A DNA stretch of 64,000 bases from Nitrospirota bacterium (GTDB lineage: Bacteria > Nitrospirota > UBA9217). The notes beneath the pieces are model-generated. The model ran no database searches. It had not been told where the DNA came from and worked only from the letters and a program-made list of their open reading frames with translations. This document shows, one piece after another, positions 39,300-49,895 of this stretch (position 1 is the first letter of the stretch; each line of letters starts with the position of its first letter). The stretch lies in assembly GCA_035623825.1 (NCBI GenBank), contig DASPSR010000062.1, positions 88,023 to 152,022 on the forward strand, given 5' to 3'. A program made the translations under genes and the position numbers.

Positions 39300-40562
39300 A
39301 TGAACATTCTGATCAAAAACGGTCATATCATCGACCCGGCGGATAAGATCGACGATAACCTCGATATCCTTATCGCCGAGGGGAAGATCGCAAAGCTCGG
39401 CAAGCAGGGTACCCTATCTCAAAGCGGTGCGAAAATTGTCGATGCCGCGGGCAAAATCGTCGTCCCCGGACTTATCGACATGCACGTGCATCTGCGCGAG
39501 CCAGGTTACGAATATAAAGAAACGATCGCGACGGGCACTGCCGCGGCAAAGGCAGGCGGGTTCACCTCGGTCTGCTGCATGCCGAATACGAATCCGGTAA
39601 ACGATAACCGCGCGGTCACCGAATTCATGCTTGTCCAGGCCGGCAGCGCGTCGGCCCGGGTTTTCCCCATCGGCGCCATTACGAAGGGATCCAAAGGCGA
39701 GGAGCTGGCAGAGATGGGTGAGCTCTTTGCTGCCGGATGCCGTGCGATCTCTGATGACGGCAAGCCCGTGATGAACGCATCGGTCATGCGCCGGGCAATG
39801 GAGTACTCGAAGATCTTCGACATGCTCGTCATCGCGCACTGTGAGGACAGCGCCCTGTCCGGCAAGGGTGTGATGAACGAAGGCGATGTTTCGACGGAAC
39901 TGGGGCTTCGGGGCATTCCCCGGGCGGCCGAGGATGTGATGACGGCTCGCGATATTTCGCTGGCCGAACTTACAGGCTGCAGGCTCCACATCGCGCATGT
40001 GAGCACTGCCGGTTCGGTGCGCCTGATACGCGATGCCAAGGCCCGTGGAGTGAAGGTCTCGGCAGAGACCTGTCCGCACTATTTTACTTTGACCGAGGAG
40101 GCAGTTCGGGGGTACAATACCATGGCGAAAATGAACCCGCCGCTCCGGACGGCAGATGATGTCGCTGCGATCAAGCAGGGCCTGAAGGACGGCACCATTG
40201 ATGTGATCGCGACGGACCATGCTCCGCATGCCCTGGACGAGAAGTCCGGAGAGTTCGACTATGCGCCCTTCGGCGTCATCGGACTCGAGACCGCGGTCGG
40301 TTTGACGTTCAGTCTTGTTGATGAAGGAATACTCTCACTGACCGACGTGATCCGCAAGCTCAGCACCAATCCCGCCTTGATCTTCAAACTGAACAAGGGC
40401 AAGCTGGCTGTCGGCGCCGATGCGGACGTAACGATTATCGACCCGAACGTCAAGTGGATTGTTGATGCGTCCCAATTCAGTTCAAAGGCAAGGAACACGC
40501 CCTTCAACGGATGGAAGCTCAAGGGAAGGGCTGAGCTGACGATCGTGGGCGGCAAGATCTAG
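39300..40562 (+). CDS. pyrC: Dihydroorotase
   Basis: [31 protein letters not shown]. Confidence 0.97.
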   Translation: MNILIKNGHIIDPADKIDDNLDILIAEGKIAKLGKQGTLSQSGAKIVDAAGKIVVPGLIDMHVHLREPGYEYKETIATGTAAAKAGGFTSVCCMPNTNPVNDNRAVTEFMLVQAGSASARVFPIGAITKGSKGEELAEMGELFAAGCRAISDDGKPVMNASVMRRAMEYSKIFDMLVIAHCEDSALSGKGVMNEGDVSTELGLRGIPRAAEDVMTARDISLAELTGCRLHIAHVSTAGSVRLIRDAKARGVKVSAETCPHYFTLTEEAVRGYNTMAKMNPPLRTADDVAAIKQGLKDGTIDVIATDHAPHALDEKSGEFDYAPFGVIGLETAVGLTFSLVDEGILSLTDVIRKLSTNPALIFKLNKGKLAVGADADVTIIDPNVKWIVDASQFSSKARNTPFNGWKLKGRAELTIVGGKI

Positions 40563-40736
40563 AGTCACGGGACGTGCTGCAGCAAAGGCCATGGGGAAGT
40601 TTTATCACTTCGTCCTTGTGACGTTTGACGGCGACCGCCTGAGCGGGGAGGTCGTGGATATAAACGGGAAGGTGCGGGACAGCTTTTAATATCGGATTTT
40701 TGATCGCAGAATGCTTGCTGAAGGAAGGAACGGAGA

Positions 40737-41924
40737 ATGAAAAGGGCTATTCTTGCATTGGCTGACGGGATGGTGTTCGAAGGGCACTCTTTCGGGGCGG
40801 AAGGCGAGACCTCGGGTGAAGTGGTCTTCAACACGAGCATGACCGGGTATCAGGAGATCCTGACGGATCCGTCGTACAAAGGCCAGATCGTCACCATGAC
40901 CTACACGCAGATCGGGAACTACGGCGTGAATGCTGAAGACGTCGAGTCCGGCAGGCCTTATGTTGAAGGTTTCATCGTGAAGGAATACATCGATTTCCCC
41001 AGCAATTGGCGAGCGAAGAAATCTCTCCATCAGTATCTGAACGAGAACGGCATCGTAGGCATCCAGGGAATCGATACGCGGGCGCTGACCCGCCATCTCC
41101 GTGATTACGGGGCGCAGTCGGGCGTTATCTCGACGCTGGACCTGAATCCCGAGAGCCTGGTGACCAAGGCCGAGGTCCTTCCAAAAATGAGCGGCCTTGA
41201 CCTCGTCAAGGATGTCACGTGTAAAACACCGTATGGCTGGGATGAAGGAGACTGGAATCTGGGCAAGGGATACGCGCAGATGCCGGCAGCGAGATATAAA
41301 GTCGTTGCGTACGATTACGGCATCAAGCGGAATATCCTCCGCCTGCTCGCCAGCGCGGGCTGCGATGTCACGGTCGTGCCGGCAACGATGCCCGCCGAAG
41401 AGGTTCTCAGCATGAACCCTGACGGCGTCTTTCTGTCGAACGGACCAGGCGACCCGGAGCCGGTCACCTACGCGATAGAGAACATAAAAAAGCTCCTGGG
41501 AAAGAAGCCGATCTTCGGAATCTGCCTTGGCCAGCAGCTTCTGGGGCTCGCGCTCGGGGGAAGGACATACAAGCTCAAGTTCGGCCATCACGGGGGGAAT
41601 CAGCCGATCATGGATTTGACCACGCGCAAGGTCGAAATCGCGGCGGAAAATCACGGCTTTGCGGTGGACATGGAAACCGTCAAGGAGAAGGTCGTGATGA
41701 CCCACATGAATCTGAACGACAATACCTGCGAGGGCATGCAGCACAAGACCCTGCCTGCCTTTTCGGTTCAATATCATCCGGAGGCTTCTCCCGGGCCGCA
41801 CGACAGCAGGTATCTTTTCCAGCGATTCGTGGAGATGATGCAGAAGCACAAAACAACAAGACTTGACAAGGTCGGCAAGAAGTCGCCGAGTCAGGAAGTG
41901 AAATACCAACGGAGCGTTTCTTAG
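40737..41924 (+). CDS. carA: Carbamoyl-phosphate synthase small subunit
   Basis: [39 protein letters not shown]. Confidence 0.97.
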   Translation: MKRAILALADGMVFEGHSFGAEGETSGEVVFNTSMTGYQEILTDPSYKGQIVTMTYTQIGNYGVNAEDVESGRPYVEGFIVKEYIDFPSNWRAKKSLHQYLNENGIVGIQGIDTRALTRHLRDYGAQSGVISTLDLNPESLVTKAEVLPKMSGLDLVKDVTCKTPYGWDEGDWNLGKGYAQMPAARYKVVAYDYGIKRNILRLLASAGCDVTVVPATMPAEEVLSMNPDGVFLSNGPGDPEPVTYAIENIKKLLGKKPIFGICLGQQLLGLALGGRTYKLKFGHHGGNQPIMDLTTRKVEIAAENHGFAVDMETVKEKVVMTHMNLNDNTCEGMQHKTLPAFSVQYHPEASPGPHDSRYLFQRFVEMMQKHKTTRLDKVGKKSPSQEVKYQRSVS

Positions 41925-41954
41925 CGTCCGTGTGGCGCAGTTTTAACGGTATAC

Positions 41955-42860
41955 ATGGTTTCGACGATTTCAGGAACGGAATTGCAAAAACGGGTCGAAG
42001 CGGCCTATAACCTGCTCGAGAGCTGCCGTGCCTGTCCCCGCCAGTGCGGGGTGAACCGCTTGAAGAATGATAAGCTTGGTTTCTGCAGGTCGGGATTACA
42101 TCCCGTCGTATCGAGCATCAATGTGCATCACGGTGAAGAACCTCCGCTCTCGGGTTCGAGGGGCTCGGGCACGATCTTCCTGACCAACTGCAACCTTCGC
42201 TGCGTCTACTGCCAGAACTACCCCATCAGCCAGCTGGGCACCGGCGCGGAACGCACGCCTGGCGAGCTTGCCTGTCAGATGGTATGGCTTCAGGAACAGG
42301 GGTGCCATAACCTGAACCTGGTGACGCCCACGCACTTCATGCCGCAGATCCTGAAGGCACTCGGCATCGCGAGGGAGCGGGGCTTCAACCTGCCGATCGT
42401 GTACAACACGAGCGGGTACGAGTCGCTGGAAGCGCTCCGGCTGCTCGACGGAATCGTGGACATCTACCTGCCGGACATGCGGTATTCGGACGATGACGCA
42501 GCGCGCACGTATTCTGTTGCTCCTCACTACCAGGAGATCAACTGCGCGGCGATCAAAGAGATGTACCGTCAGGTCGGGAACCTGGTGCTCGACGAGGCGG
42601 GGATCGCGACGCGGGGGCTCATCATACGCCACCTGATACTGCCCGCCGGGCTGTCAGGCACCGGGCGGATCATGAAGTTCCTCGCAGAAGAAATTTCGAA
42701 GGATGTGCACATCAGTCTCATGTCACAGTATTTTCCCGCGTTTAAAGCGCGTGAATTCAAGGAATTGTCCCGCAGGATCACGGTCGACGAGTACGAAACG
42801 GCCTATCAGGCGATGCTGAAGTACGGTTTAGAGAACGGGTGGGTGCAGGAGTTCGAATAA
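41955..42860 (+). CDS. Radical SAM protein, PflX-like
   Basis: CRACPRQCGVNR, HHGEEPPLSG, CNLRCVYCQN (CxxxCxxC), DIYLPDMRY. Confidence 0.9.
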   Translation: MVSTISGTELQKRVEAAYNLLESCRACPRQCGVNRLKNDKLGFCRSGLHPVVSSINVHHGEEPPLSGSRGSGTIFLTNCNLRCVYCQNYPISQLGTGAERTPGELACQMVWLQEQGCHNLNLVTPTHFMPQILKALGIARERGFNLPIVYNTSGYESLEALRLLDGIVDIYLPDMRYSDDDAARTYSVAPHYQEINCAAIKEMYRQVGNLVLDEAGIATRGLIIRHLILPAGLSGTGRIMKFLAEEISKDVHISLMSQYFPAFKAREFKELSRRITVDEYETAYQAMLKYGLENGWVQEFE

Positions 42861-42906
42861 TAATTCAAGGTTCAGAATACAAAGTGCCAAGTTGAGGAAG
42901 GGATAA

Positions 42907-45900
42907 ATGCCGAAACGGACAGACATAAAAAAGATTCTTATCATCGGATCGGGGCCGATCGTGATCGGCCAGGCGTGCGAGTTCGACTACTCGGGCGTGC
43001 AGGCGTGCAAGGCGCTCCGGGAAGAGGGGTATGAGATCGTGCTCATCAACTCGAACCCGGCCACGATCATGACCGATCCCGAGATGGCGCACCACACATA
43101 CATTGAACCGATCACTCCGACGGTAGTCGAGAAGATCATCGAGCGGGAAAGGCCCGATGCACTGATTCCGACCATGGGGGGGCAAACCGCGCTCAACACG
43201 GCCGTGGCGCTCGCCGAGTCCGGCGCGCTTCGAAAATATGACGTCGAGCTGATCGGCGCAAAGCTCCCGGCGATCAAGAAGGCGGAGGATCGTGAGCTTT
43301 TTAAAGAGGCGATGGAAAACATCGGCCTTTCAGTTCCGAAGAGCGGGTTCGCCACAAGCAGGGAAGAGGCATACGAGATTCTCGAAAGGGTAGGCTTCCC
43401 CGTTATCCTGCGTCCCGCGTTCACCCTTGGCGGCACCGGCGGCGGCATCGCCTATAACAAGGAGGAGTTCACCGATCTGATCACGCGCGGCCTGGACGCC
43501 AGCCCGGTGCACCAGGTGCTGATCGAAGAGTCGGTCGTGGGATGGAAGGAGTTCGAGCTTGAGGTGATGCGTGATACGAAGGACAACGTCGTGATCGTTT
43601 GCTCCATCGAGAACCTTGATCCCATGGGCATCCACACCGGCGACAGCATCACTGTGGCGCCGGCGCAGACCCTGACTGACAAAGAGTACCAGATCATGCG
43701 GGACGCGTCGCTCCGGATCATCCGCGAGATCGGTGTGGACACTGGCGGGTCGAACATACAGTTCGCGGTGAACCCCGTGGACGGAAGGATGGTCGTGATC
43801 GAGATGAACCCTCGCGTGTCCCGCAGCTCGGCCCTCGCATCCAAGGCGACGGGCTTTGCCATCGCGAAGATTGCTGCCAAGCTCGCCGTTGGTTATACTC
43901 TCGATGAGATCACGAACGACATCACGAAGGCAACGCCCGCGTCCTTCGAGCCGACCATCGATTATGTTGTCGTGAAGTACCCGCGTTTTGCCTTTGAAAA
44001 GTTCCCTCAGGCCGACGCCACCCTGACCACGCAGATGAAGTCCGTTGGCGAGGCCATGTCCATCGGCAGGACCTTCAAGGAAGCGCTCCAGAAGGCGCTC
44101 CGCTCGCTCGAGATCGACCGCTACGGGTTCGAGTCCCGCCGCGACCGGGATGCGGACCCTGAGCACGGTATCGCCGACATCCGCCAGAAGATCAGCGTGG
44201 CCAACTGGGAGCGGCTCTGGTATATCGCTGACGGTTTCCGCATCGGTATGAGCGTCGAAGAGGCGTTCAGCCTTTCGAAGATCGATCCCTGGTTCCTGCA
44301 TCAGATCCGCCAGATCACGGACCGGGAGAAGGAGATCAGGGAACAAGGCCCCCGCGTCCTGTTCGATAAAACCGCGTCGCCGGACCATCCTCTCCGGCGC
44401 GCAAAAGAGTTCGGCTTCTCGGACCGAAGGCTCGCCAAACTGCTCACGACAACCGAAGAAGCGATACGGAAGACCCGCATGGAACTCGGCATCACGCCAG
44501 TGTTCAAGACAGTGGACACCTGCGCAGCCGAGTTCGAGGCGCATACGCCGTACTTGTATTCGACGTACGAGAAGCCGTTCTACAAACTTCAAGATTCAAA
44601 ATTCAAGTTTCAAGATGCCTTGCATGTCGAATCCGGAACGTCCCAATTCGCCGGAGGAAGAGCCGAATGCGAGGCGAACCCCACTGACCGCAAGAAGGTC
44701 GTGATCCTCGGCGGAGGGCCGAACCGGATCGGCCAAGGGATCGAGTTCGATTACTGCTGCGTGCACGCCGCCTTCTCGCTCAAAGAGGACGGATACGAGA
44801 CCATCATGGTGAACTGCAATCCCGAGACGGTGAGCACGGACTACGACACGTCGGACCGACTGTACTTCGAACCCTTGACACTCGAAGACGTTTTACATAT
44901 TATACACCGGGAAAAGCCCATCGGCGTGATCGTGCAGTTCGGCGGCCAGACGCCCCTCAAGCTCGCGGTGCCGCTCGAGCAGTCGGGTGTGCGCATCCTC
45001 GGCACTTCTCCCGACAGCATCGACAGGGCCGAGGACCGGAAGCGGTTCAAGGAGCTCCTCGACAGGCTCGGACTTCTGCAGGCCGAGAGCGGTACCGCCA
45101 TATCCTGCGACGAAGCGGTGGACGCCGCCAACCGTATCGGATATCCTGTGATGGTTCGTCCGTCTTACGTGCTCGGCGGCCGTGCCATGGAGATCGTGTA
45201 CGACGAGGAGAGCGTCAGGAACTACATGTCCCGTGCGGTCAAGGCCTCTCCCGAACGGCCCGTGCTCGTCGATAGGTATCTCGAAGACGCCGTCGAGATC
45301 GACGTGGACGCGATATCGGACGGCAGTACGGTGGTTGTCGCGGGCATCATGGAGCACATCGAAGAGGCCGGCGTGCATTCCGGGGATTCGGCGTGCTCGC
45401 TCCCTCCGTTTTCGCTCTCGCAGAACATCATCAAGGAGATAGACCGGCAGACGCGGGCGCTTGCTCTTGAGCTCGGCGTGGTCGGGCTCATGAACGTGCA
45501 GTTCGCCGTGAAGGATGGGCGCGTCTACGTGCTGGAGGTGAACCCCCGGGCGTCGCGTACCATCCCGTTCGTGAGTAAAGCAATCGGCGTGCCGCTTGCC
45601 AAACTCGCCGCACGGGTGATGGCGGGCAAGACGCTTGCCGAACTCGGCTTTACGAAAGAGGTGAAGATCAAGCACATCGCCGTCAAGGAAGCGGTGTTCC
45701 CCTTCGCCAAGTTTCCCGGCGTGGACACGCTCCTTGGGCCGGAAATGAAGTCCACGGGCGAGGTAATGGGAATCGATACGGACTTCGGCATGTCCTTTGC
45801 CAAATCCCAGATGGCCGCGGGGAACCCCATGCCGGTTTCAGGCCGTGTGTTTCTGAGCGTAAAGGACAAGGACAAGGCCGGGCTGCTTGAGGTCGCACAG

Positions 45901-46236
45901 GGTCTGGAGAAGGCGGGATTCTCGATCGTGGCAACGAGAGGAACCGCTGAGTATCTGAGGAAGCGGGGGATCACGGTCGAGACGGTGAACAAGGTGACCG
46001 AGGGCCGGCCGCATATCGTGGACCAGATCAAGGACAGGCAGGTGGATTTCGTGATCAATACGGTTCATGGGGCCGAGGCGCAGAAGGATTCCTACTCCAT
46101 CAGACGAACGACGCTGATGAAGGGGGTCCCCTATTTCACAACGTTGTCGGCGGCAAAGGCCGCGGTGCGGGGCATTGCTGCTATCATGAAAAACCATCTA
46201 CAGGTGAAGTCTATTCAGGAGTATCATAGAACATGA
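42907..46236 (+). CDS. carB: Carbamoyl-phosphate synthase large subunit
   Basis: [30 protein letters not shown], two ATP-grasp halves, MGS domain. Confidence 0.98.
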   Translation: MPKRTDIKKILIIGSGPIVIGQACEFDYSGVQACKALREEGYEIVLINSNPATIMTDPEMAHHTYIEPITPTVVEKIIERERPDALIPTMGGQTALNTAVALAESGALRKYDVELIGAKLPAIKKAEDRELFKEAMENIGLSVPKSGFATSREEAYEILERVGFPVILRPAFTLGGTGGGIAYNKEEFTDLITRGLDASPVHQVLIEESVVGWKEFELEVMRDTKDNVVIVCSIENLDPMGIHTGDSITVAPAQTLTDKEYQIMRDASLRIIREIGVDTGGSNIQFAVNPVDGRMVVIEMNPRVSRSSALASKATGFAIAKIAAKLAVGYTLDEITNDITKATPASFEPTIDYVVVKYPRFAFEKFPQADATLTTQMKSVGEAMSIGRTFKEALQKALRSLEIDRYGFESRRDRDADPEHGIADIRQKISVANWERLWYIADGFRIGMSVEEAFSLSKIDPWFLHQIRQITDREKEIREQGPRVLFDKTASPDHPLRRAKEFGFSDRRLAKLLTTTEEAIRKTRMELGITPVFKTVDTCAAEFEAHTPYLYSTYEKPFYKLQDSKFKFQDALHVESGTSQFAGGRAECEANPTDRKKVVILGGGPNRIGQGIEFDYCCVHAAFSLKEDGYETIMVNCNPETVSTDYDTSDRLYFEPLTLEDVLHIIHREKPIGVIVQFGGQTPLKLAVPLEQSGVRILGTSPDSIDRAEDRKRFKELLDRLGLLQAESGTAISCDEAVDAANRIGYPVMVRPSYVLGGRAMEIVYDEESVRNYMSRAVKASPERPVLVDRYLEDAVEIDVDAISDGSTVVVAGIMEHIEEAGVHSGDSACSLPPFSLSQNIIKEIDRQTRALALELGVVGLMNVQFAVKDGRVYVLEVNPRASRTIPFVSKAIGVPLAKLAARVMAGKTLAELGFTKEVKIKHIAVKEAVFPFAKFPGVDTLLGPEMKSTGEVMGIDTDFGMSFAKSQMAAGNPMPVSGRVFLSVKDKDKAGLLEVAQGLEKAGFSIVATRGTAEYLRKRGITVETVNKVTEGRPHIVDQIKDRQVDFVINTVHGAEAQKDSYSIRRTTLMKGVPYFTTLSAAKAAVRGIAAIMKNHLQVKSIQEYHRT

Positions 46237-46715
46237 CGCAGAAGATCCCTATGACCAAAGAAGGCTATGAAAAGCTCAAGCAGGAGCTGGACCGGATCGT
46301 CAAGGTGGAGCGGCCCAAGAACATCAGGGAGATTGAGGAAGCGCGGGCGCACGGCGACCTGTCGGAGAACGCGGAATATCACGCGGCCAAAGAACGCCAG
46401 GGACATCTCGACGCCAAGAAGCGCGAACTGGAATCCAAGCTTGCCCATGCCCAGATAATCGACGTTTCGAAGCTCTCGAACGAAAAAGTTGTTTTCGGCG
46501 CCACCGTGACGCTCGCGGATTCCGATTCCGGAGACATAAAAAAATATACGCTAGTGGGCCAGGAGGAGGCGGACCTTAAAAAAGGGAAGATATCGGTTCA
46601 GTCACCTGTAGGCAAAGCGCTCATCGGCCACAAGGTTGGTGACGTCGTTACAATCAAGACACCGGCCAAAACCGTGGAATATGAGATACAGGAGATCGAG
46701 ATTGCCTTCGAGTAG
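46233..46715 (+). CDS. greA: Transcription elongation factor GreA
   Basis: [31 protein letters not shown]. Confidence 0.97.
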   Translation: MTQKIPMTKEGYEKLKQELDRIVKVERPKNIREIEEARAHGDLSENAEYHAAKERQGHLDAKKRELESKLAHAQIIDVSKLSNEKVVFGATVTLADSDSGDIKKYTLVGQEEADLKKGKISVQSPVGKALIGHKVGDVVTIKTPAKTVEYEIQEIEIAFE

Positions 46716-47535
46716 GTTTCACAAGGCAACAATACTTGCCCATGAATCAGCGGGCAGGGGATACTACCGCCTCGTACTCAGGGCACCGGAAGCAGCCGCA
46801 ACGGCACTGCCGGGCCAGTTTGTCATGCTCAGGGTATCGGAGAACATGGACCCGCTCCTCGCCCGTCCCTTCGGAATCTCTTCTGTTCCTTCAAGATCAT
46901 CCATCGAAATAGTTTACCGCGTTGTGGGCAGGGGAACCGCACTGCTCACCGGCATGGGGATCGGGCGCGCCCTGAACCTGCTTGGACCGCTCGGCCGGGG
47001 CTTCCCGGTGCCGGACAAGGATACAATGCCCGCTCTTGTGTCAGGCGGAAGCGGCTTTCCTCCCCTGCATTTTCTGTCACAGCGAGCGGGGTCTCGCGCA
47101 CACCTCTTCGTTGGAGCGAAGAACAAAGAATGTCTTCCTCCGGCGGGCATCATAAAGAGTTTTAAAGAGGTTACCGCGAAGGTGCATATAGCCACTGAGG
47201 ATGGGAGTGTCGGCGTCAGGGGGATGACGACCGATCTCCTCAACGCGTTCCTGACACGGATGGAGCAGAAGACCCATCTCGTGATCTATGCCTGTGGCCC
47301 TCATGCCATGCTCGCGGCCGTGGGCAGGATCGCTGCCGAACATTCGATCACCTGTTACGTATCGATCGAGGAGCGAATGGCATGCGGTCTCGGCGCATGT
47401 ATGGGCTGCTCGGTCCCGATGCGGGCAGGCGGCTACAAGCGGGCATGCAAAGACGGGCCCGTGTTCGACTCGCGGGAAATCGACTGGAGCGAACAGGTGG
47501 TGTTGCCCATCCCGCACGTGAAGAAGAAGCTTTAG
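46702..47535 (+). CDS. pyrK: Dihydroorotate dehydrogenase electron transfer subunit (probable TTG start)
   Basis: PGQFVML, RPFGI, YACGP, MACGLGACMGC...CKDGPVF. GGAG 7 nt before TTG 46702. Confidence 0.92.
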   Translation: MPSSRFHKATILAHESAGRGYYRLVLRAPEAAATALPGQFVMLRVSENMDPLLARPFGISSVPSRSSIEIVYRVVGRGTALLTGMGIGRALNLLGPLGRGFPVPDKDTMPALVSGGSGFPPLHFLSQRAGSRAHLFVGAKNKECLPPAGIIKSFKEVTAKVHIATEDGSVGVRGMTTDLLNAFLTRMEQKTHLVIYACGPHAMLAAVGRIAAEHSITCYVSIEERMACGLGACMGCSVPMRAGGYKRACKDGPVFDSREIDWSEQVVLPIPHVKKKL

Positions 47536-47614
47536 GCACGAAGGGCCAGGAGCCGGCGCTTCTTGGCGGTAATGATCGGCTTATCCGCGCCTTCAATTTG
47601 AATGAGTTGATATT

Positions 47615-48553
47615 ATGAAACGAATAATACCTGCATCAAAGCCGACGCTCTCCATCGACTTCGCGGGGATCAAGCTTAAGAATCCCGTGCTGACCGCGTC
47701 CGGTACGTTCGGATACGGAGAAGAGTTCGCGGAATTCATCGATCTGAGCAGACTTGGCGGGGTGATCGTCAAGGGCATTTCATTGAAACCGATCAAGGGC
47801 AATCCTCCTCCGCGCATATGGGAAACGCCGTCGGGAATGCTGAACGCTATCGGGCTCGAAAATCCCGGCGTCGATGTTTTCCTGAGCGAAAAGCTCCCCT
47901 ATCTCAGGAAATGTGACACCGCTGTGATCGTAAACATGTTCGGCTATAGTCTTGAAGAGTACGTGGGAGTGGCCGAGCGGCTTGATGGCGCGCCGGGCAT
48001 CTCGGGTATCGAGGTCAACATTTCATGCCCGAACGTGAAGGCCGGCGGCATGGCCTTCGGCACGGACCTTACGGCGACCTTCGATCTCCTGTCGGCGGTC
48101 CGCAAGGCAACGCGGCTACCGCTCATCGCCAAGCTCTCGCCGAACGTGACGGACGTGACTGATTTCGCAAAGGCCGCGCGTGATGCGGGATGCGACGGAC
48201 TTTCACTCATCAATACGCTCCTCGGTATGGCTATCGATGTGCGGTGCAGACGGCCACGTCTCGCGAACTGTACCGGCGGCCTGTCAGGTCCTGCAATAAG
48301 ACCCGTGGCCGTTCGCATGGTGTGGCAGGTGGCCAGGGCGGTACCGCTGCCGATCATCGGCATGGGTGGGATTGTAACCGGCGAAGATGCAATGGAGTTC
48401 ATTCTTGCCGGCGCTTCGGCGGTGGCCGTCGGAACCGCGAATTTCATAAATCCACGGGCAACGCTCGAAGTGCTGTCGGGCATCGAACGCGTGATGGCTG
48501 AACAAGGTGTCGGTGATATAAAGAGTCTCATTGGAAAAGTCAGCGTCGGATGA
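47615..48553 (+). CDS. pyrD: Dihydroorotate dehydrogenase, family 1B
   Basis: [46 protein letters not shown]. Confidence 0.96.
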   Translation: MKRIIPASKPTLSIDFAGIKLKNPVLTASGTFGYGEEFAEFIDLSRLGGVIVKGISLKPIKGNPPPRIWETPSGMLNAIGLENPGVDVFLSEKLPYLRKCDTAVIVNMFGYSLEEYVGVAERLDGAPGISGIEVNISCPNVKAGGMAFGTDLTATFDLLSAVRKATRLPLIAKLSPNVTDVTDFAKAARDAGCDGLSLINTLLGMAIDVRCRRPRLANCTGGLSGPAIRPVAVRMVWQVARAVPLPIIGMGGIVTGEDAMEFILAGASAVAVGTANFINPRATLEVLSGIERVMAEQGVGDIKSLIGKVSVG

Positions 48554-48756
48554 GGATCGATCCGCCCCCAAGGACAGCCGTTACAACGACCTCGGACTTG
48601 TTCACGCAATTTTTGACGGGTCCATACATCACGCGTAGTGCGGAGCGGTTATCACGTATAGAGGACGCTGGCGACGGCTGGCGAGACATCACGGAGCTCC
48701 TTAAAATGCCGCGTGATATGTTCCGGAGAAGATTGATCCGGTTGGGGATCATTTGA
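48550..48756 (+). CDS. Possible small hypothetical protein
   Basis: ATGA overlap with the pyrD stop. No recognisable motif. Confidence 0.3.
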   Translation: MRIDPPPRTAVTTTSDLFTQFLTGPYITRSAERLSRIEDAGDGWRDITELLKMPRDMFRRRLIRLGII

Positions 48757-48907
48757 GTCACGAGGCTCAGGATTCCGGTCTGCATCGTCAACGCCCTATT
48801 CCCGCTGCCAGCTTTCCCTCATTTCCTTCCTGACAAGCACATGCCGTACTTGCTTTTTCCGCCGCGATAACATAGAATCAAATCAAGGCCGATTTGGCAT
48901 TGTCTTT

Positions 48908-49789
48908 ATGAAAGACGACATTCTCAAGAGGTTTCTCGATTTTCTTTCCGTGGAAAAAGGGCTTGCCCGAAATTCGTTGGAATCGTACAAGAGGGATCTG
49001 CGCAGGTACCTGCTTTATATGAAGGACAAAAGTCACGATGAGATAACGCAGAACGATGTGGTCTCTTATCTTTCGCATCTCTCGTCTTCCGGGCTTTCAA
49101 TGCCGTCAATTGCGCGGGGTTTGGCGGCGGTACGCGGCCTTCACAAATACCTTATCATCGACGGCTTGGCGCGGACGGACCCGACCGTGAACCTCGAGAC
49201 GCCCCGGGGCTGGAAGCGGCTGCCGAAGACGCTATCAACAGCAGAAGTCGATGCGCTTCTTGCCCAGCCTGACACGACAACACCGATCGGCCTCCGGGAC
49301 AAGGCCATGCTCGAGCTTCTCTACGCCACTGGGCTCCGGGTGAGCGAGCTTGTCGGGCTCGGTCTGCAGGATATCAATCTTGAACGAGGTTTCCTCATGG
49401 TAATGGGAAAGGGATCAAAAGAGCGAGCCGTGCCCATGGGAGAGGTCGCGGCGGCCGCGGTTGGGCGATATCTCGAGAGTGGCCGCGCAGACCTGCTTGA
49501 CGGCGCTGAGTCAGATCGTCTCTTCATCAGCTTGAGGCGGAGGGGCATAACGAGACAAATGTTCTGGGAGCGGATAAAGTTCTATGCCCTGAAGGCCGGC
49601 ATCCGGATGACCATATCGCCGCATACGCTTCGCCACTCGTTTGCCACGCACCTCCTCGACAATGGCGCCGATCTTCGGGCGGTCCAGGCCATGCTCGGTC
49701 ATTCCGATATTTCGACCACGCAGATATATACGCACGTCTCGCGCGAGAGGCTTAGGAAGATACACCAGAGGTACCATCCGAGAGGATGA
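48908..49789 (+). CDS. xerD: Site-specific tyrosine recombinase XerD
   Basis: RDKAMLELLYATGLRVSEL, SPHTLRHSFATHLL, LGHSDISTTQIYTHV, HPRG. Confidence 0.95.
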   Translation: MKDDILKRFLDFLSVEKGLARNSLESYKRDLRRYLLYMKDKSHDEITQNDVVSYLSHLSSSGLSMPSIARGLAAVRGLHKYLIIDGLARTDPTVNLETPRGWKRLPKTLSTAEVDALLAQPDTTTPIGLRDKAMLELLYATGLRVSELVGLGLQDINLERGFLMVMGKGSKERAVPMGEVAAAAVGRYLESGRADLLDGAESDRLFISLRRRGITRQMFWERIKFYALKAGIRMTISPHTLRHSFATHLLDNGADLRAVQAMLGHSDISTTQIYTHVSRERLRKIHQRYHPRG

Positions 49790-49895
49790 TGACAGGCGCA
49801 TGACAAATCCCCGATAGATTCGGAATTCAAGGTCTCAAGATCCAAAACGTTTCACATCTCGAGTTTGCTTGCCCGGGATTTGTAAAGTACTCACT

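Noticed and set aside
39292-39302. TATAAT just before pyrC as a leaderless promoter
   Set aside because: Only 2 nt from the ATG, too close for the TSS to include the start codon.
48908-49789. XerD as the integrase of the tRNA-Ala islets or a prophage
   Set aside because: Canonical housekeeping XerD among core genes, and its sequence differs from the stubs.
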